Assembly (NCBI GenBank): GCA_010093815.1
Contig: ML996589.1
Strand: one strand, 5' to 3'
Origin: Pseudovirgaria hyperparasitica
Lineage: Eukaryota
Length of the DNA: 64,000 bases
The notes under the pieces: model-generated
The model's input: the letters and a program-made list of their open reading frames with translations, nothing else
What the model was told of the DNA's origin: nothing
Database searches by the model: none
Shown: positions 39,001 through 52,600 of the stretch, piece by piece
Layout: each line of letters opens with the position of its first letter
Position numbering within the stretch: the stretch's first letter is position 1
Program-made: the position numbers and the translations under genes

Positions 39001-42000
39001 TAGATGTTATAGATGTGGATAGGCCCTATGCTTATCTAGAGATGTAGCGTTATCCGGAGGTCATTACGTTCGGTGTAAGACCATTCTAAGAGCGGGATTA
39101 ACTTATATATATAAAACATGACTCTCCTGTCCGGGCCCGTAGGGTAGATGGTGTAGTATCCTAGGTGTGTTGTTAGCTTGTTGGTTTGGTAGTGTTTATA
39201 TGGTTCCTAGATGGCTATTATTACGGCTTCTATCTCTTCTAGGAGCGTCGCTTGGTTTTCTCGTTTATATTATACGTTCGCCTATATAATGATAAGTGTG
39301 TCTTATACCCTTATTAGGTGCTAGGGAAAGTTCGAGTCTATATGTTAGTGGCGCTAAGGCGTGATTGTCCTCGCGCGGTAGCGGCTTTGAGTATACCCTA
39401 GGGTCGGCCTATCTTTCTCTATATAGTATGCTATTGCGCGTTGTCCTCTCCCCTTCGGGGGGTGGTTACTGGATTTATAAGTAAAGTTAGGGATAGTAGC
39501 GAGGGTAGCGAGGGCCTTATGGCTTGGTATATCTATCTCGCTTCTCTTGTCTTTATCGCGTTAATATATTCTACGACCTACTTGCGTTTCGTGCACGTTA
39601 CCGACTAGAATAGGTGTTTCCCGTCGTAGTTAGAGCACTTGGCGGTGTCCCTGTCTCGCGTCTCGTCGCTCTACGTCTTATAAGGGTATTCCTTAGTATT
39701 ATGGCCCTGTTTATACCACCTATAGGCGGTCTTCTAAGAGCACCTCTGCCTAGTGTACCTATATCCCTAATAGTTGAAGCATTGCGTTATTACCTATACT
39801 CTATCCCATGGTTCTACCGTAAGTAGCTCTCCTTCGGCTAGGAAGCCCTTCTACGTTATTCTATAGGCGAGAGCGGGGTCCCTAAGCTCTACTATTATAG
39901 TAGAGTGCTTTTTCGATTTTGTCTTGATCCCTTAGACGTTCTTCTACCACGCCTTCGCAATCTTAATCCTAGGGTACTTCGGTTCGTTAGATCGCTCTAT
40001 TCGCTCGATGTTATCTTCTCTAATAACGTGTCCTTAGACGGGGACGGTATATACCTATATCGGGTACGTGGTTACGCGGACGGACGCGCTAGGGAAGATA
40101 TCGTTAATCGCGTTCGGGTCGCGCGAGATAGTCTACTAGGCCGTGTTAGTAGTGGTAGTTAGTACTATACCTCCTAGGGTGAGTTTAGCGGCCACTACAT
40201 TTAACTATATCCCTTTCTATTCGTTAATCTTATTTATAATGTCCTTTAGGGACGCTTGCTAGACTTATACGAGTACTTCTTTATCCTAGATAGCGACTTA
40301 TATACTACATGCCCCGTCCGTGGGTGCCCTTGGTGTTTTAGCTAACATGGCTATTCCGCTTATGGGTGCGGCGACCTGTGCCCACGTGCTAGGGCGTTTT
40401 CCCTAGGCGAGGCCCTCCTGGATTCTCTATAGGCTAGCCTCTATACGATCTAGTCTGGATTCCGGGTCTAATTCCGGCGCCTATTTTACTCCTATAGTGA
40501 GCTCCCTAATATTCCGGATAAGGTTCCGGAAGATACTAAGGAGGGCCGTTTCTCCCTTCTCGACTTCCCTCTCTACACGTGCCACCTAGTAGTTAATCTT
40601 GTCTAGGAGGGTCTCCCCGGGCGGGGTCCCCTCCGTCTCTATTATCTATGGCGTTATACGCCCTTGGTTATTCGTCGTTTATTAGACGGGGGTTTGATCG
40701 TCCTAGGATATGCCGCTATATGGCTGTTTCTACCGTACTAGTGTTAGGGGTATACCCGGTGGAAGCCGGGGTACGTCGGTGCCTAAGGCCGCCATGATTA
40801 TTAGTTAAGGGTAGCCCTTGACTAATAAAAGGGGGTCGGCGTGTCGGCGTTTATTAGATGTAGTCTATGCTTGTATTATTAAAGAGTCTTTGAGTGTATA
40901 TATATAGTGTCTCTATACGTCGGTATCGTCGCGTATTATACGCTGCACGTACGCACGTGTGTCGGAGGTTGTTATACTCGGTATACTCTATCGTTTAATG
41001 TATATAAATCGCTGTTTTGCCCCGAATTGACCAGTTTGGTCCGTTAGGGTGTGAGGACTTTTAATACTTTAAGTATACTATGGTCCCTTTTAGACTAACT
41101 AACGCGCTAGGCACCTTCTAAGCGTATATTAATAACGCGCTAGTAGGCCTACTCGACACGATATATATCGTGTACCTAGATAATATTCTTATCTTCTTAG
41201 ATAACGAGGAGAAGTATATCTAGCACGTATATATAGTCCTAGATAGGCTAGAAAAGTATAAGCTATATATTAAGCTATCTAAATGTGAGTTCCATTAGGA
41301 CTATATTAACTTTCTTAGCTTTATTATTACTAATTAAGGTATAACCATAGAGAGAGATAGAGTTACTACTATTATGGACTAGTCTAAACTAAAATCCGTT
41401 CGAGATATACGTGTCTTTATTAGCTTCGCTAACTACTACCGAAAATTTATTAAATACTTCTCCCGTTTAGCCGCACCACTTAATACGTATACTACTACTA
41501 CCGACTTATCTATTATAGTCCGTGGTAGATAGAAACAGCATAATATTAAATTATAATCTATTAAATTAACTAAGGTCGAAAGAACATCCTTTAAGAAGAT
41601 TAAAGAAGCATTTATAACCGCCCTATTACTAGTATACTTTAATCTAACTAAACCTATTCGCGTCGAAACTAATATATTAGGATTTATAATCTCGGGTATA
41701 CTCTTCTAGCCTAGACTAATAGAGTCTAAAAAGGTCTAATAGTATCTAGTTACGTTCTTCTCGTGTAAGATAGCCGACGTTAAGACTAGATATACTATTT
41801 ATAACTAAGAGCTACTAGTAATAGTAGAGTTGTTTAAGTAGTGGCGATATTATCTTAAAGGTACTATATATAACATTAAGTTACTAACTAATTACTATAA
41901 CTTAAAGGGGTTTATAAGCACGACGGTTTTAAATCGTCGATAGGTTCGATAGGCTAAGTAGCTTATAAATTTCTACTTTATAATCTACCATCGATCTAGA

Positions 42001-42475
42001 AGTATAAACCTAGCTAATAGAATATTAAGAAGACCTAACTATAAAGAAGGCGCCTAGGATTATAGTAGCTATAGGGTCCTAGAGTAGCTATAGGCCTAAC
42101 TCTTAAGGACGAGGTTAGATAATAAGTTATCCGATAATTAGCGAGATGCTAACGCCGATACTAGTAATCGAATTTATAAGACTAAAGCTAGTAACTAAAG
42201 ACGCGGTACCGAAGTCCCTAGTAAGCTATTTATCGGCGCTATTAGGGAGGGCGATAGTACCCGGCGTGTATATTAAGTAGACCTCGCCTAGTTAATCGTG
42301 GATCTATAAAAGATAGACCTAATAGTTTTAAAGTTATGTAAAATATAGTAAGATAGATTATTATAGACCGAAGTAGACTATAAGTAGACCTTCGTAGACG
42401 GCTTACTCTACTATAATAGAAAGTACTATATACCAACGGGCAACGCACGATTTACTATAGTTAGCCGATAAAGCG
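33066..42475 (+). mobile_element. Ty3/Gypsy family G1: probable 5' LTR (~33066..33305), gag (33347..34729), pol (PR, RT, RNase H), interrupted by LINE C and cut off at LINE A3
   Basis: Gag starts MAPTTR... and has two CCHC knuckles at ~34570-34710. Pol has protease LDSGS, RT GPIYPLS...[27 protein letters not shown] and YLDD (~41170), and RNase H ETDASG, all after RIP reversal. Confidence 0.88.
35753..41063 (-). mobile_element. Tad-like LINE subfamily C, full length, inserted in G1 RT with a 14-bp TSD
   Basis: TSD ATACTTTAAGTATA at 35739..35752 and 41064..41077. Tail, both UTRs and both ORFs are present. It has A-type UTRs but diverged ORFs. Confidence 0.93.
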
Positions 42476-45400
42476 AAAAACTTCTTACACCCTAACGGAC
42501 CAAATTAGTTAATTCGGGGTAAAATAGCGATTTATATATATTAAACGATAGAGTACACCGAGTATAACAACCTCCGACACATGTACGTACGTATAGTATA
42601 TAATACACGATAATACCGATATATAGAGATACTATATATATACGCTCGAAGACTCTTTAATAATATAAGTATAGACTATATCTAATAAACGCCGACACGC
42701 TAACCCCCTTTTATTAGTTAAGGGCTACCCTTAACTAATAACCATGGCGGCCTTAGGCATCGTAATACCCCGGTATACGCCGGATATGCCCCTACTAGTA
42801 CGGTAGAAACGGCTATATAGCGATATTAATATAGATAGCTAGACACCTATCTAAAATATAGGAACTAACTAAGGGTGCGAAGTACTATAGATAATCTAGA
42901 CCGAGGGGACCCTAAGAGGGGAGACCCTCCTAGATAAAATTAAATACTAGGTAACACGTGTAGAGAGGGACGCCGAGAAGGGAAAGAAGACCCTCCTTTA
43001 TATATTCTAGGACCTTATCCGGAATCTAAGAGGAATTACGGAGAAAGAAAGGAAGTCGCTACGAGAGAAACCTAGTAGTAGACTCGACCGAATAGAAGCT
43101 AGCCTACGGAGAATCTAGGAAGAGCTATCCTAAGGTAAGCGCCCTAATACGTAGGCTTAGATTATAGTAATACCCGGAGCTACCGCACTAAGGACTACTA
43201 GAACTATAGATAGAGTATATAGTATACGTGTCGTAATCTAGAATAAGGATACGCTAGCGTAGGTCTAACGGGCATCCCTAAAGGAAATTATAAATAAGAT
43301 TAATAAATAGAAAGAAATATAGTCGAGCGTCGTGGCTACTAAAGTTACGCTAGGTGGGGTAGTACTTACTACTATAACGAATACTATATAGTAAAACATC
43401 TTACGAGATCTAAACGTGATAGATAGTATCTTCCCCGGCGCGTCTATTAGGGTAGCTATATACCCGATTATAGTATATATAGTACCCGTATAGAGATAGG
43501 CTATCGGAGCGGAGGATATTACGTGTATAGAATAATCTAATACGCGAAAATACCTAGGGATTAAGATTATAAAAGCGTAGTAGAAGAATCTATAGGCGAT
43601 TAAGACAACGGCGAAAAAATACTCTACTATAATTATAGAGCTCCGAGACCCCGCCCTTATATAATATATTATATAGAAGGGATTTCTAATAGAAGGAGAG
43701 CTCCTTATAGCCGAGCTATGGGATAGAGCATGGGTAATAATATAGTACTTTAACTATTAAGGGTATAGATATACTATATAAAGGTGCTTATAGAAGACCA
43801 AGTGCGGATAGTACCATGGGGACCACGCTATCTAGAAGTGCCCTTATAAACCGCGAGGAGACGGACTAAGAAACAGGGATATAGTATAGTATTTAAACTA
43901 CGACGGGAAATACCCGTCGTGGTCGTTAACGTGTATAAAATATAAATAGGTTATAGAATATATTTATACGATAAAAGCAAGAGGCGCGAGATAGTTATAG
44001 AATATAATACCTACTACGAGCCCTTCCTTTATAATACCCCTAACCTCCCCTCCGGAAGGTAGTTAGGCGGGATAGTAGACTATCCCAAAGACGATAGGAC
44101 GACTAAAAGGTATAGTTAAAGCCGCTGCCGCGCGAGGATAGTCGCGCCTCTAAGGAATAAGTATATAGGTATATATACTTCCTAGTACCTAATAAGGGAC
44201 TAGAATATACTCCGAATTATATAGATAAATATATAATATAAAAGAGAGAACTAGGCGACGCTCCTTAAAGAGACCGGGGCTATAATACTCGCTATCTAGG
44301 AACTCTATAAATACTACTAGATAAGTAAACCAACCACACACCCCGGATACTATACTATACACCCTCTAGGACTAGAAAGACGAGTCCTCTTCTATATTTA
44401 TAGGTTAATACCACTCTTATTATAGTTATATACCGAGCGCGATAACCTTAGGATAATACTANNNNNNNNNNNNNNNNNNNNNNNNNNNNNNNNNNNNNNN
44501 NNNNNNNNNNNNNNNNNNNNNNNNNNNNNNNNNNNNNNNNNNNNNNNNNNNNNNNNNNNNNNNNNNNNNNNNNNNNNNNNNACGAAGACGGGTCTACGCT
44601 TAATCTTACCTTCGCCATAGAGTATATTAGTTACCGGATCTAATACTACCGCCTAGGCTAGGTATAGACGGATTCCGACTATAAATATATAGAAACTATA
44701 ATAAACGTATATACCCCGAATGAATAACGGGGACGATAGATATAGAAGGATACTAACTAGGAAAAGTACCTAAAGGACCTAGAATCGGCGATCCTAGATC
44801 CCTCTATAGTCAATATATCTAACGACCTAGCTATAGACCAGGCCGTATAGACACTCCTATAAACATACTAGAATATAAGAAATAAACACGTACTATACCG
44901 AATATACCGGCCCCCGGAAGTAAAGGGGATTCCTCGAGTATAGGAAAGTAGATAAGACGCCCGAAGGCTATATATATATATATACCGTACGAGAATACCC
45001 GAGTCGTAGGAAGAATAGAAGAAAGCGATATAATAATATGATAAAGTCCTCTATAACGAAAGACGTAAATAGTAGCGTATAATTACTAGTTAATAGATAT
45101 AATATATAATAGGGCTATAGTATATAGTGAAATAGGCTAAGGGCGTAGACACTCCGACACCCCCGCCACTTATACCTCCCCTAATATATTAGGGGAGAAT
45201 ATACTCTACGAGCCTTAAGAAAACTAAGGCCCTATAGGAGGCTATATTCCCTCTCCTAGAACTAGTAGATCTATTAGACGTTCACGGCGCCGAATATCTA
45301 TACGCGGTAGATATCCCCGAAGAAGTTATAGAGGAGGACATACTTAATATTATTAAGATACTCCTAAATGATAAAGCACCCGGACTAGATAGAATTCTAA

Positions 45401-47612
45401 ATCGATGTCTAAAAAGCACTATAAAAGCGACCCTACCGCTTATTACTTATATATTCTAAGTATACGTTACGTAGGGGTACCACCCCTAGAGCTTCCGAGT
45501 CGCCTATACTATTATACTCCCGAAACTAGAAAAGAGCCCTAACTCCCTAAAGGGATAGAGACTAATCGCCCTTCTCTTCTACCTAGGTAAGATACTAGAG
45601 GCTACGGTAGTAAAGAAGATAAGTACCGCGGTATAGGAATATAATCTTCTCCCTCCGAACTAGAAGGTAAAGGTAGATAGCTCTCTAATAATAGCTATCT
45701 AATATATTATTAAAGTCGTCTAGGCCGTATAGAAATAGGGACGGGTAGTATCGCTCCTCTCCCTCGATATGGCCGGAGCGTTTAATAAGGTAAACTATAT
45801 AAGACTTATTCATAACCTCCGGATAAGACGAATACTAGAATGGATTATATACTTTATATAGTTATTCCTTATAGAAAGAATAACTTAGATATATATCCCT
45901 AGGTACTAGAGCGAATATAAAGAGACGGTATACGGCATCCCATAAGGGAGTACTATCTCTCTAATCCTATTCCTCTTCTTTACGGTAGACCTTCTTTAAG
46001 GAATAAAGTATATAGAGGTAGTCGGATACGCTAATAATATATACCTTCTAGCTATTAATAATAATACTAACTGAACGTATAGATAACTAGAATAGAACTA
46101 TAAGAGGTGCCTCTAGTAGGTAAAACGCCATAGAGTAAAGTTCGCCCCGGAGAAATACCAGCTCATGCACTTTATTAATCGTTAAGGGAAATAGGTAACT
46201 AGGGAAGGCGAATAACGCCCCCGAATCGACGTATTTAATAAACCACTAGTATAAAGTATGCGCGCGCTCGGAGTTATACTAGATAGTAAGCTTAAATGGG
46301 GACTATAAGTGGCATACGCCGTCTCTAGGGCCCTCTAGATAGAAGCCGCTATACGATGGATTATAGCCTCTAGATAGGGAACCGCCCGGGATAAGGCACG
46401 CTAGCTATATATATCTATAGTACGACCCGCCTTCACGTACGGACACGAGTACTAGTATATAGCCCTTATATAGACTAGGCGAATAAAGCTCGAATCTATA
46501 TAGAACCGTATACTCCGTCTTATATTAGGCGTATATAAAGCTACTAACACGGTACTACTACAACGCGAGATAGACGTTATAAGTATATATAACTTCTACT
46601 AGATATAGAGGGTGGTATACTTTACTAAATAATAAGTATAGGAACGCATAGGAAACGTAGAATATACTTTCGCCGCGCTATATATATAAATTAGTATATA
46701 TTACCGCGTACTCCTATATATAGGCCGGAATTAAATATGGTATAGGTGCTTAATAGAAGCCGACTCTAGCTAAGTAGTATAAGAAGTCCGAGATAACCCG
46801 GACGCTCTTCTAGACTAGTAGAGCCTTTAAGAACTCGTGAAAAACATATAGTTATAGACTTAAGATAAGTAGAAAGAGGCACTCCGTGCCTACTAGACCT
46901 TCTAGTAGAATAGGTACCTAGAGTAGATTTAAGGGCTATAGAAGGAACTGAGTAAATAGATGTATAAAGGGCTAACGAAAGTCTAAGTATCTATACTTAT
47001 CTAAGCCCGAACGGGCGCTATAGGACTCCTATACTATATCTATAAGAGAGGCGTTCCCGACACCTCCCTATAGTATAAGGCGTGCGGCCGGAGAGGTATA
47101 ATATACTACTATCTAGCTATATACCCTAACCTCTATATATAATAGTAATAGCTTATCCACGTTACGAAGACTTTAGATATTATATAATAGCTTAATAAGT
47201 ACCCTAAGGACGTCTCCTAATAGATACTTATATATCTACTACTCCTCTAGTACTAGTGGACCCGGAAATATATACCGGAAGAGACCCGGTATACGCTAGT
47301 AATAACCCGATATATACCGGAAGAACCCCGGGAGAACCCTAATTATTAGTTAAGGGTAGCCCTTAACTAATAACCTCCGTATCTATACGTGCTACCTAAG
47401 GGTAAAATAACGGTAATATAGGCTATAGGCTAATAGGCGTACCCTATAGCTATATACTTAAGACGAAATAGAGGTTTAACGAGATATAGTTATAGATATA
47501 AGGAAGTTTTTCCCTATAGGGTTTCTTCTTATATAGTGGCTTAGACTAGAGAAGGCATAGGCCTATAGAGTACTACTCTACCTAGTTATATAATATTATT
47601 ATTATTATTATT
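42476..47612 (+). mobile_element. Tad-like LINE subfamily A copy A3, nominally full length, containing gap 44462..44581
   Basis: 5' AAAAACTTCTTACACCC, ORF1, ORF2 with C-terminal CKACGRRG...HH...C zinc finger (RIP reversed), 3' UTR and (TTA)n tail. No RNase H is recognisable, and the flanks do not form a TSD. Confidence 0.9.
44462..44581. other. Assembly gap (N run)
   Basis: Run of N. Confidence 1.
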
Positions 47613-47804
47613 ATAGTTAATACTAGAAGCGTAAAATATATTCCGATTATTAAAGAATTACTTTATAACTACGCCGATTCTTAGGTATTTTAATTCTAAG
47701 AAATATATTTAGGTTAAAACTAACGCGTTAGAATTTATAATTACTAGAATTATTAGTTAACTATATAAAGATATAAAAGATAAGATATAATAGTACCCGG
47801 TCGC
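47613..47804 (+). mobile_element. pol: Gypsy G2 RT/RNase H connection fragment
   Basis: Reverse complement of ~58791..58983 (APILRHFDP...RVETDAS...WHPVA after RIP reversal). It ends at the LTR starting 47805. Confidence 0.8.
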
Positions 47805-48516
47805 TGTAAGAATAGGGTTATTGGATAGTAGTATAGTTAGATAGAATAATATAGTATATTCTATCCTAGAACGAATTACTACCGAACCCTTTTAGTAGAA
47901 ATCTAAGAGTATATATATAAAGGGACGCCGATCTATCTAGTACGTGACTATTTACCGCCCTTTACGTTACCTCCTAACCCTATTAGCTAAGGTATATATA
48001 GGTTAGGTTCTATCTAAGACTAAGTTCTAATAATTATCCCTTCCCTCTAGAAAGCTACTCTTAGCGATCTAGATTATTATCTATCTCTATATCCCTATTC
48101 TAAGTCTCGTAAGACCTTAGTCGTTCTCTACGCTTCGTCTTAGATACTTACTAATATTTACTAATCTAAGATTTACATAAGCGGTTTCCTAATAAACTAG
48201 ATTTTATCTATCCTAACTTCTTATATAGGTAAGATTATCTAATTAGGCCTAGCGTATTACGTAATATAATTAGATAAGCCTAGGTACTACCTATATTAAA
48301 ATCTTTTCTTAGAAATATTTCTTTCTTTAAAAAACTTCTTAACTCTTTATAGAGTTTTTTAGATTATTAGGTATATTACCTAATCCTTATAGATATAGAT
48401 TTATATAGATTTACTATAATTTAGTACGATTTACGTAATTTACTAATTTTTATACCATCCTTAGCTAGTAATAGTATAATTCATAATAATCTATATAAAT
48501 TAGTAATAATTATAAT

Positions 48517-49000
48517 ATGGTTTCCCGAAATCTTAACACTCTAAAGTAATTAGTATAGAAATAGATACCTTCGAATAATCCCTATCTCGTATACGTTACC
48601 GATATATTAAAAGCTATTAATCTACCCCGACCTAGGCCGGGCTCTAATAATCTAGCTATATATTATTATAGTTATTACTTTCTATCGTATATTACTTACG
48701 GCGGTACTAAATCTATAATATATAGTACTTATATAACTAAGAAGCGTTATTACTTATAGGTAATTAAATAAGTTTAAAGAACTTTACGTAGATTTACTTA
48801 TATTAATATAGATTACTACTAGGCCTCTAGTAACCCCTACTAATAAGAAGCGTAGTACTACCAATCGTAATACCTTAGAGAAGGCTTTTTACAAGCTATA
48901 TATCTAAGGTAAGGGTTACGCCTAGGAGTATAATTCTAATAAGATCCGTAAGGATTTATCGGAATCTACTATAGCTATTATTACCGCGATTACTAGGTAA
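48517..49000 (+). pseudogene. Putative antisense accessory gene within G2, Zn2Cys6-like Cys spacing, one intron (48760..48811)
   Basis: ATG at 48517. TAT/TAC codons (possible RIPped TGT/TGC) at 48664-48753 are spaced x2-x7-x7-x2-x6. A GTAATT...TATTAAT...TAG intron-like segment follows, and the frame then continues with only TAA/TAG stops. Confidence 0.4.
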
Positions 49001-49636
49001 TATCGTTTTTCTTAAATCGTTATAGATTCTTATTAATATATATTAATCTCTATAATAGTACTAAAATCTCTACTACTTTAGACTTCTTTCTATATACCGG
49101 CGATATTAAAATTCCTAGAAAACGTTCTAGTAAAAAGGCTAAGGTTCCCTCCTCGCGCGTGCTAAAGAGCTATAAATTTAGAGAAGATAGCTCTAATCTA
49201 GAAGTTTCTATACTAAAGGTATATAGTTCTATACCGATCGTTAAATCTTTTCACTAATTTATATAATTCTTAGCGTGCCCACACCGGTCCGTCCCTCTCC
49301 ATCCCAGGTCCCACCACTCTATAGGTTTCTATAGAGAAGTTTATAGCTATAAGACACGCTATATAGAATTTATAGCGTCGGAACGAAAGGCTAGAGACTT
49401 ATATTATAAAGCTCTATACTATACTAAATAAGAACTAGTAGAAGGAATTAGATATAACTATCGCGGTAATTAGTACTTCTACTTCTACTCCGACTTAATT
49501 AGTTTAGATCTATACTAATCGGTACTAATATATTTCTTTTATCTAGTGTTTTTGGTTTTTAGTTTTAATTTTAAAGCGATCTTACTTCTTCTAGATAGAT
49601 TAGTACGAATTTATATAGATCTATATAGATCTTTAT

Positions 49637-52600
49637 AAAACTTCTTTTACATCCCTAAGAGGCCAACTTGGTCCATTCGGGGTAATATAGCGAGATACAC
49701 ACCTTAATTAATAGAGTACACCGAGTATACTAACTACTACTACACGCACGTACGTATAGCGTCGAAACCAAGACGTTATTACCGTGTAAAGATATATATA
49801 TACCCTCTTAAAATCCTCACGGAGACAGAGGCACGGACTATACTACTAGAACGCCGATACGCTAACCCCCTTTTATTAGTTAAGGGTAGCCCTTAACTAA
49901 TAAATATGGCGGCCTTAGGCACCGATATACCCCGGTATATACTAGATATACCCCTACCGGTACGATAGAAAAGGCCATATAGCGACATTACCAAGGGTAA
50001 CTATACACCTATCTAAAACGTAGAACATACCTAAAGGCACACGCCGCTATAGATAGACGGAATAAAGGGGACCCCGAGAGGGGAAACCCTCCTAGATTAT
50101 ATTAGCTACTAGGTAGCACGTATAGAGAAGGAAGCTAGAGAGGGCTAGAAGACCCTCCTATATATATTCTAGGATCTTATCCGGAACCTAAAGGGAATTA
50201 CGGAGGAGGAGAAGAAGATATAACTAGGAGGACCGAAGAATAGACTCGACCGAATAGAGGCTAGCCTACATAGAATCTAGGAGGAACTTACTTAAGGTAA
50301 GCGCCCTAGCATATAGGTATAAATAGTAGTAATACTAGAGGCTATACTACGGGCCTCCCGGACCGGCGACGTGGCGTATAGTATACGCGTCGTAATCTAG
50401 GATAAGGACACCCTAGTATAGGTCTAGTAAGTATCCCTAAAGGACATAGTAAGTAAGATTAATAAATAAAAGGGAATATAGTTAAACGTCGTTACTACTA
50501 AACTCACACTAGGAGGAGTAGTACTTACTATGATAACGAATATTACGTAGTAGACCATCTCGCGTAATCCGAACGCGATTAGTAGTATCTTCCTAGGCGC
50601 CTCTATTAGGGCGGCTATATACCCGATATAGATATACTCTATACCCGTAAGCGGATAGGTTATTAGAGAAGAGGATATTACGCGGATAGAATAGTTAAAT
50701 AAGCGAAAATACCTAGGGATTAAGATCGTAAGAGCATGGTAGAAGAATATATAAGGGATTAAAACCAGATCGAAGGTACACTCTACTATAATAGTAGAGC
50801 TTAAGGACCCCGCCCTCGCGTATTAAATTACGTAAGAGGGATTTCTAGTAGAAGGGGAGCTTCTTATAGCGGAACCATAGGATAGAGGATAGGCGATAAT
50901 ATAGTACTTTAACTATTAGGGATACGGGTATACGGCATAGTGGTACTCCTAAAAGACTAGGTATAGATAGTATTAATAAGAATATAGTATCTAGGAGTGC
51001 CCCTACGGGATATAAGGAGAGGGCTAGAGGAATAGGGACACGGCGAAGTACTCTAACTACGACGGTAAGTACCCGTCGTGGTCGGCTACGTGCGCGAAAC
51101 GTAAATAGGTTACCGAATATATCTACTTAATCCGGATAAAGGGAGTAAGGTAGCTATAAACGATGCGACCTACTACCGTTCCTCTCTTTACTATAATACT
51201 ACTACTATAGACTACCTCCTTACGAGGAAGCGGTTAGGAATGGTAAACCATCCCGAGAAAGCTAATAATAGAACGGCCCTAAGGAATTACTAAGGCCGCC
51301 GCCGTACGAGGATAGTCGCGTCTTAGAGAAACGAATATATAGGTCTATATATTCTCTAGCACCTAATGAGAGACCAAGATATACTCCTAATTATATAGAT
51401 AAACGTATAGTATAAACGTAAGAACTAGGCGATACTCCTCGAGGAGACCGGAGCTATAATACTCGCTATATAGGAGCTATATAAATACTACCAGACGAAT
51501 AAACCAATAACACACCTAGGATATTATATAATACACCCCCTAGGACCGGAGAGGAGAGTCCTCTTCCATGTCTATAAGTCTATCCTACTCTTATTATAGT
51601 TATATACTAAACGGGATAACCTCCGGATAATACTATACCTCTAGACGAATATCGGACCCCTCCATATATATAATATATATAATTAGAACCGATTGCTTTA
51701 GGCGGATAATATGCTTAAGGGCACTACTAAGCTAGGATAACACATCCTCCTAGGAGACTTTAACCTCTATTATAGCTAGTAGGGTAGACTAACCGTCACC
51801 CGCGAAGAGCTTCGAGCTAGAGAACTACGCATCTAATACTACGGCTTTCTATACCTTCTTATACTAGTAGAATAGATTACCTAGCGAAAACATAAATAAG
51901 ATAAGGGCGGATCTACACTCGACCTTACCCTAGCTACTAGATACATTTATAATAGGACTTAATACTACCGCCTAAGCCTTATATAGATAGACTCTAACTA
52001 CGAATATATAGAGACCGTAATAGACGTATCTACCCCTTAAGACTAACGAGGGCGATAGCTATAGAAGGATACTAACTAGGAAAAGTACCTAAAGGACCTA
52101 GAATTAACGATCCTAGACCCGTCTATAGTCGACGTATCTAATGGCCCGGCTATCGACCAGGCTATGAATACACTTCTATAGGTGTACTAGGGAGTAAGAG
52201 ATAAACACGTGCCGTACCGAATATATAGACCCCTAGACCCGAAAAGTATAATAATAATAATAATAATAATATTATATAACTAGGTAGAGTAGTACTCTAT
52301 AGGCCTATGCCTCCTCTAGTCTAAGCTACTATATAAGAAGAAACCCTATAGGGAAAAACTTCCTTATATCTATAACTATATCTCGTTAAATCTCTATTTC
52401 GTCTTAAGTATATAGCTATAGGGTACGCCTATTAGTCTATAGCCTATATTACTATTATTTTACCCTTAGGTAGCACGTGTAGGTGCGGAGGTTATTAGTT
52501 AAGGGCTGCCCTTAACTAATAATCGGGGTTCTCCCGGGGTTCTTCCGGTATATGTCGGGTTGCTACCGGCGTATACCGGGTCTCTTCCGGCATATATTTC

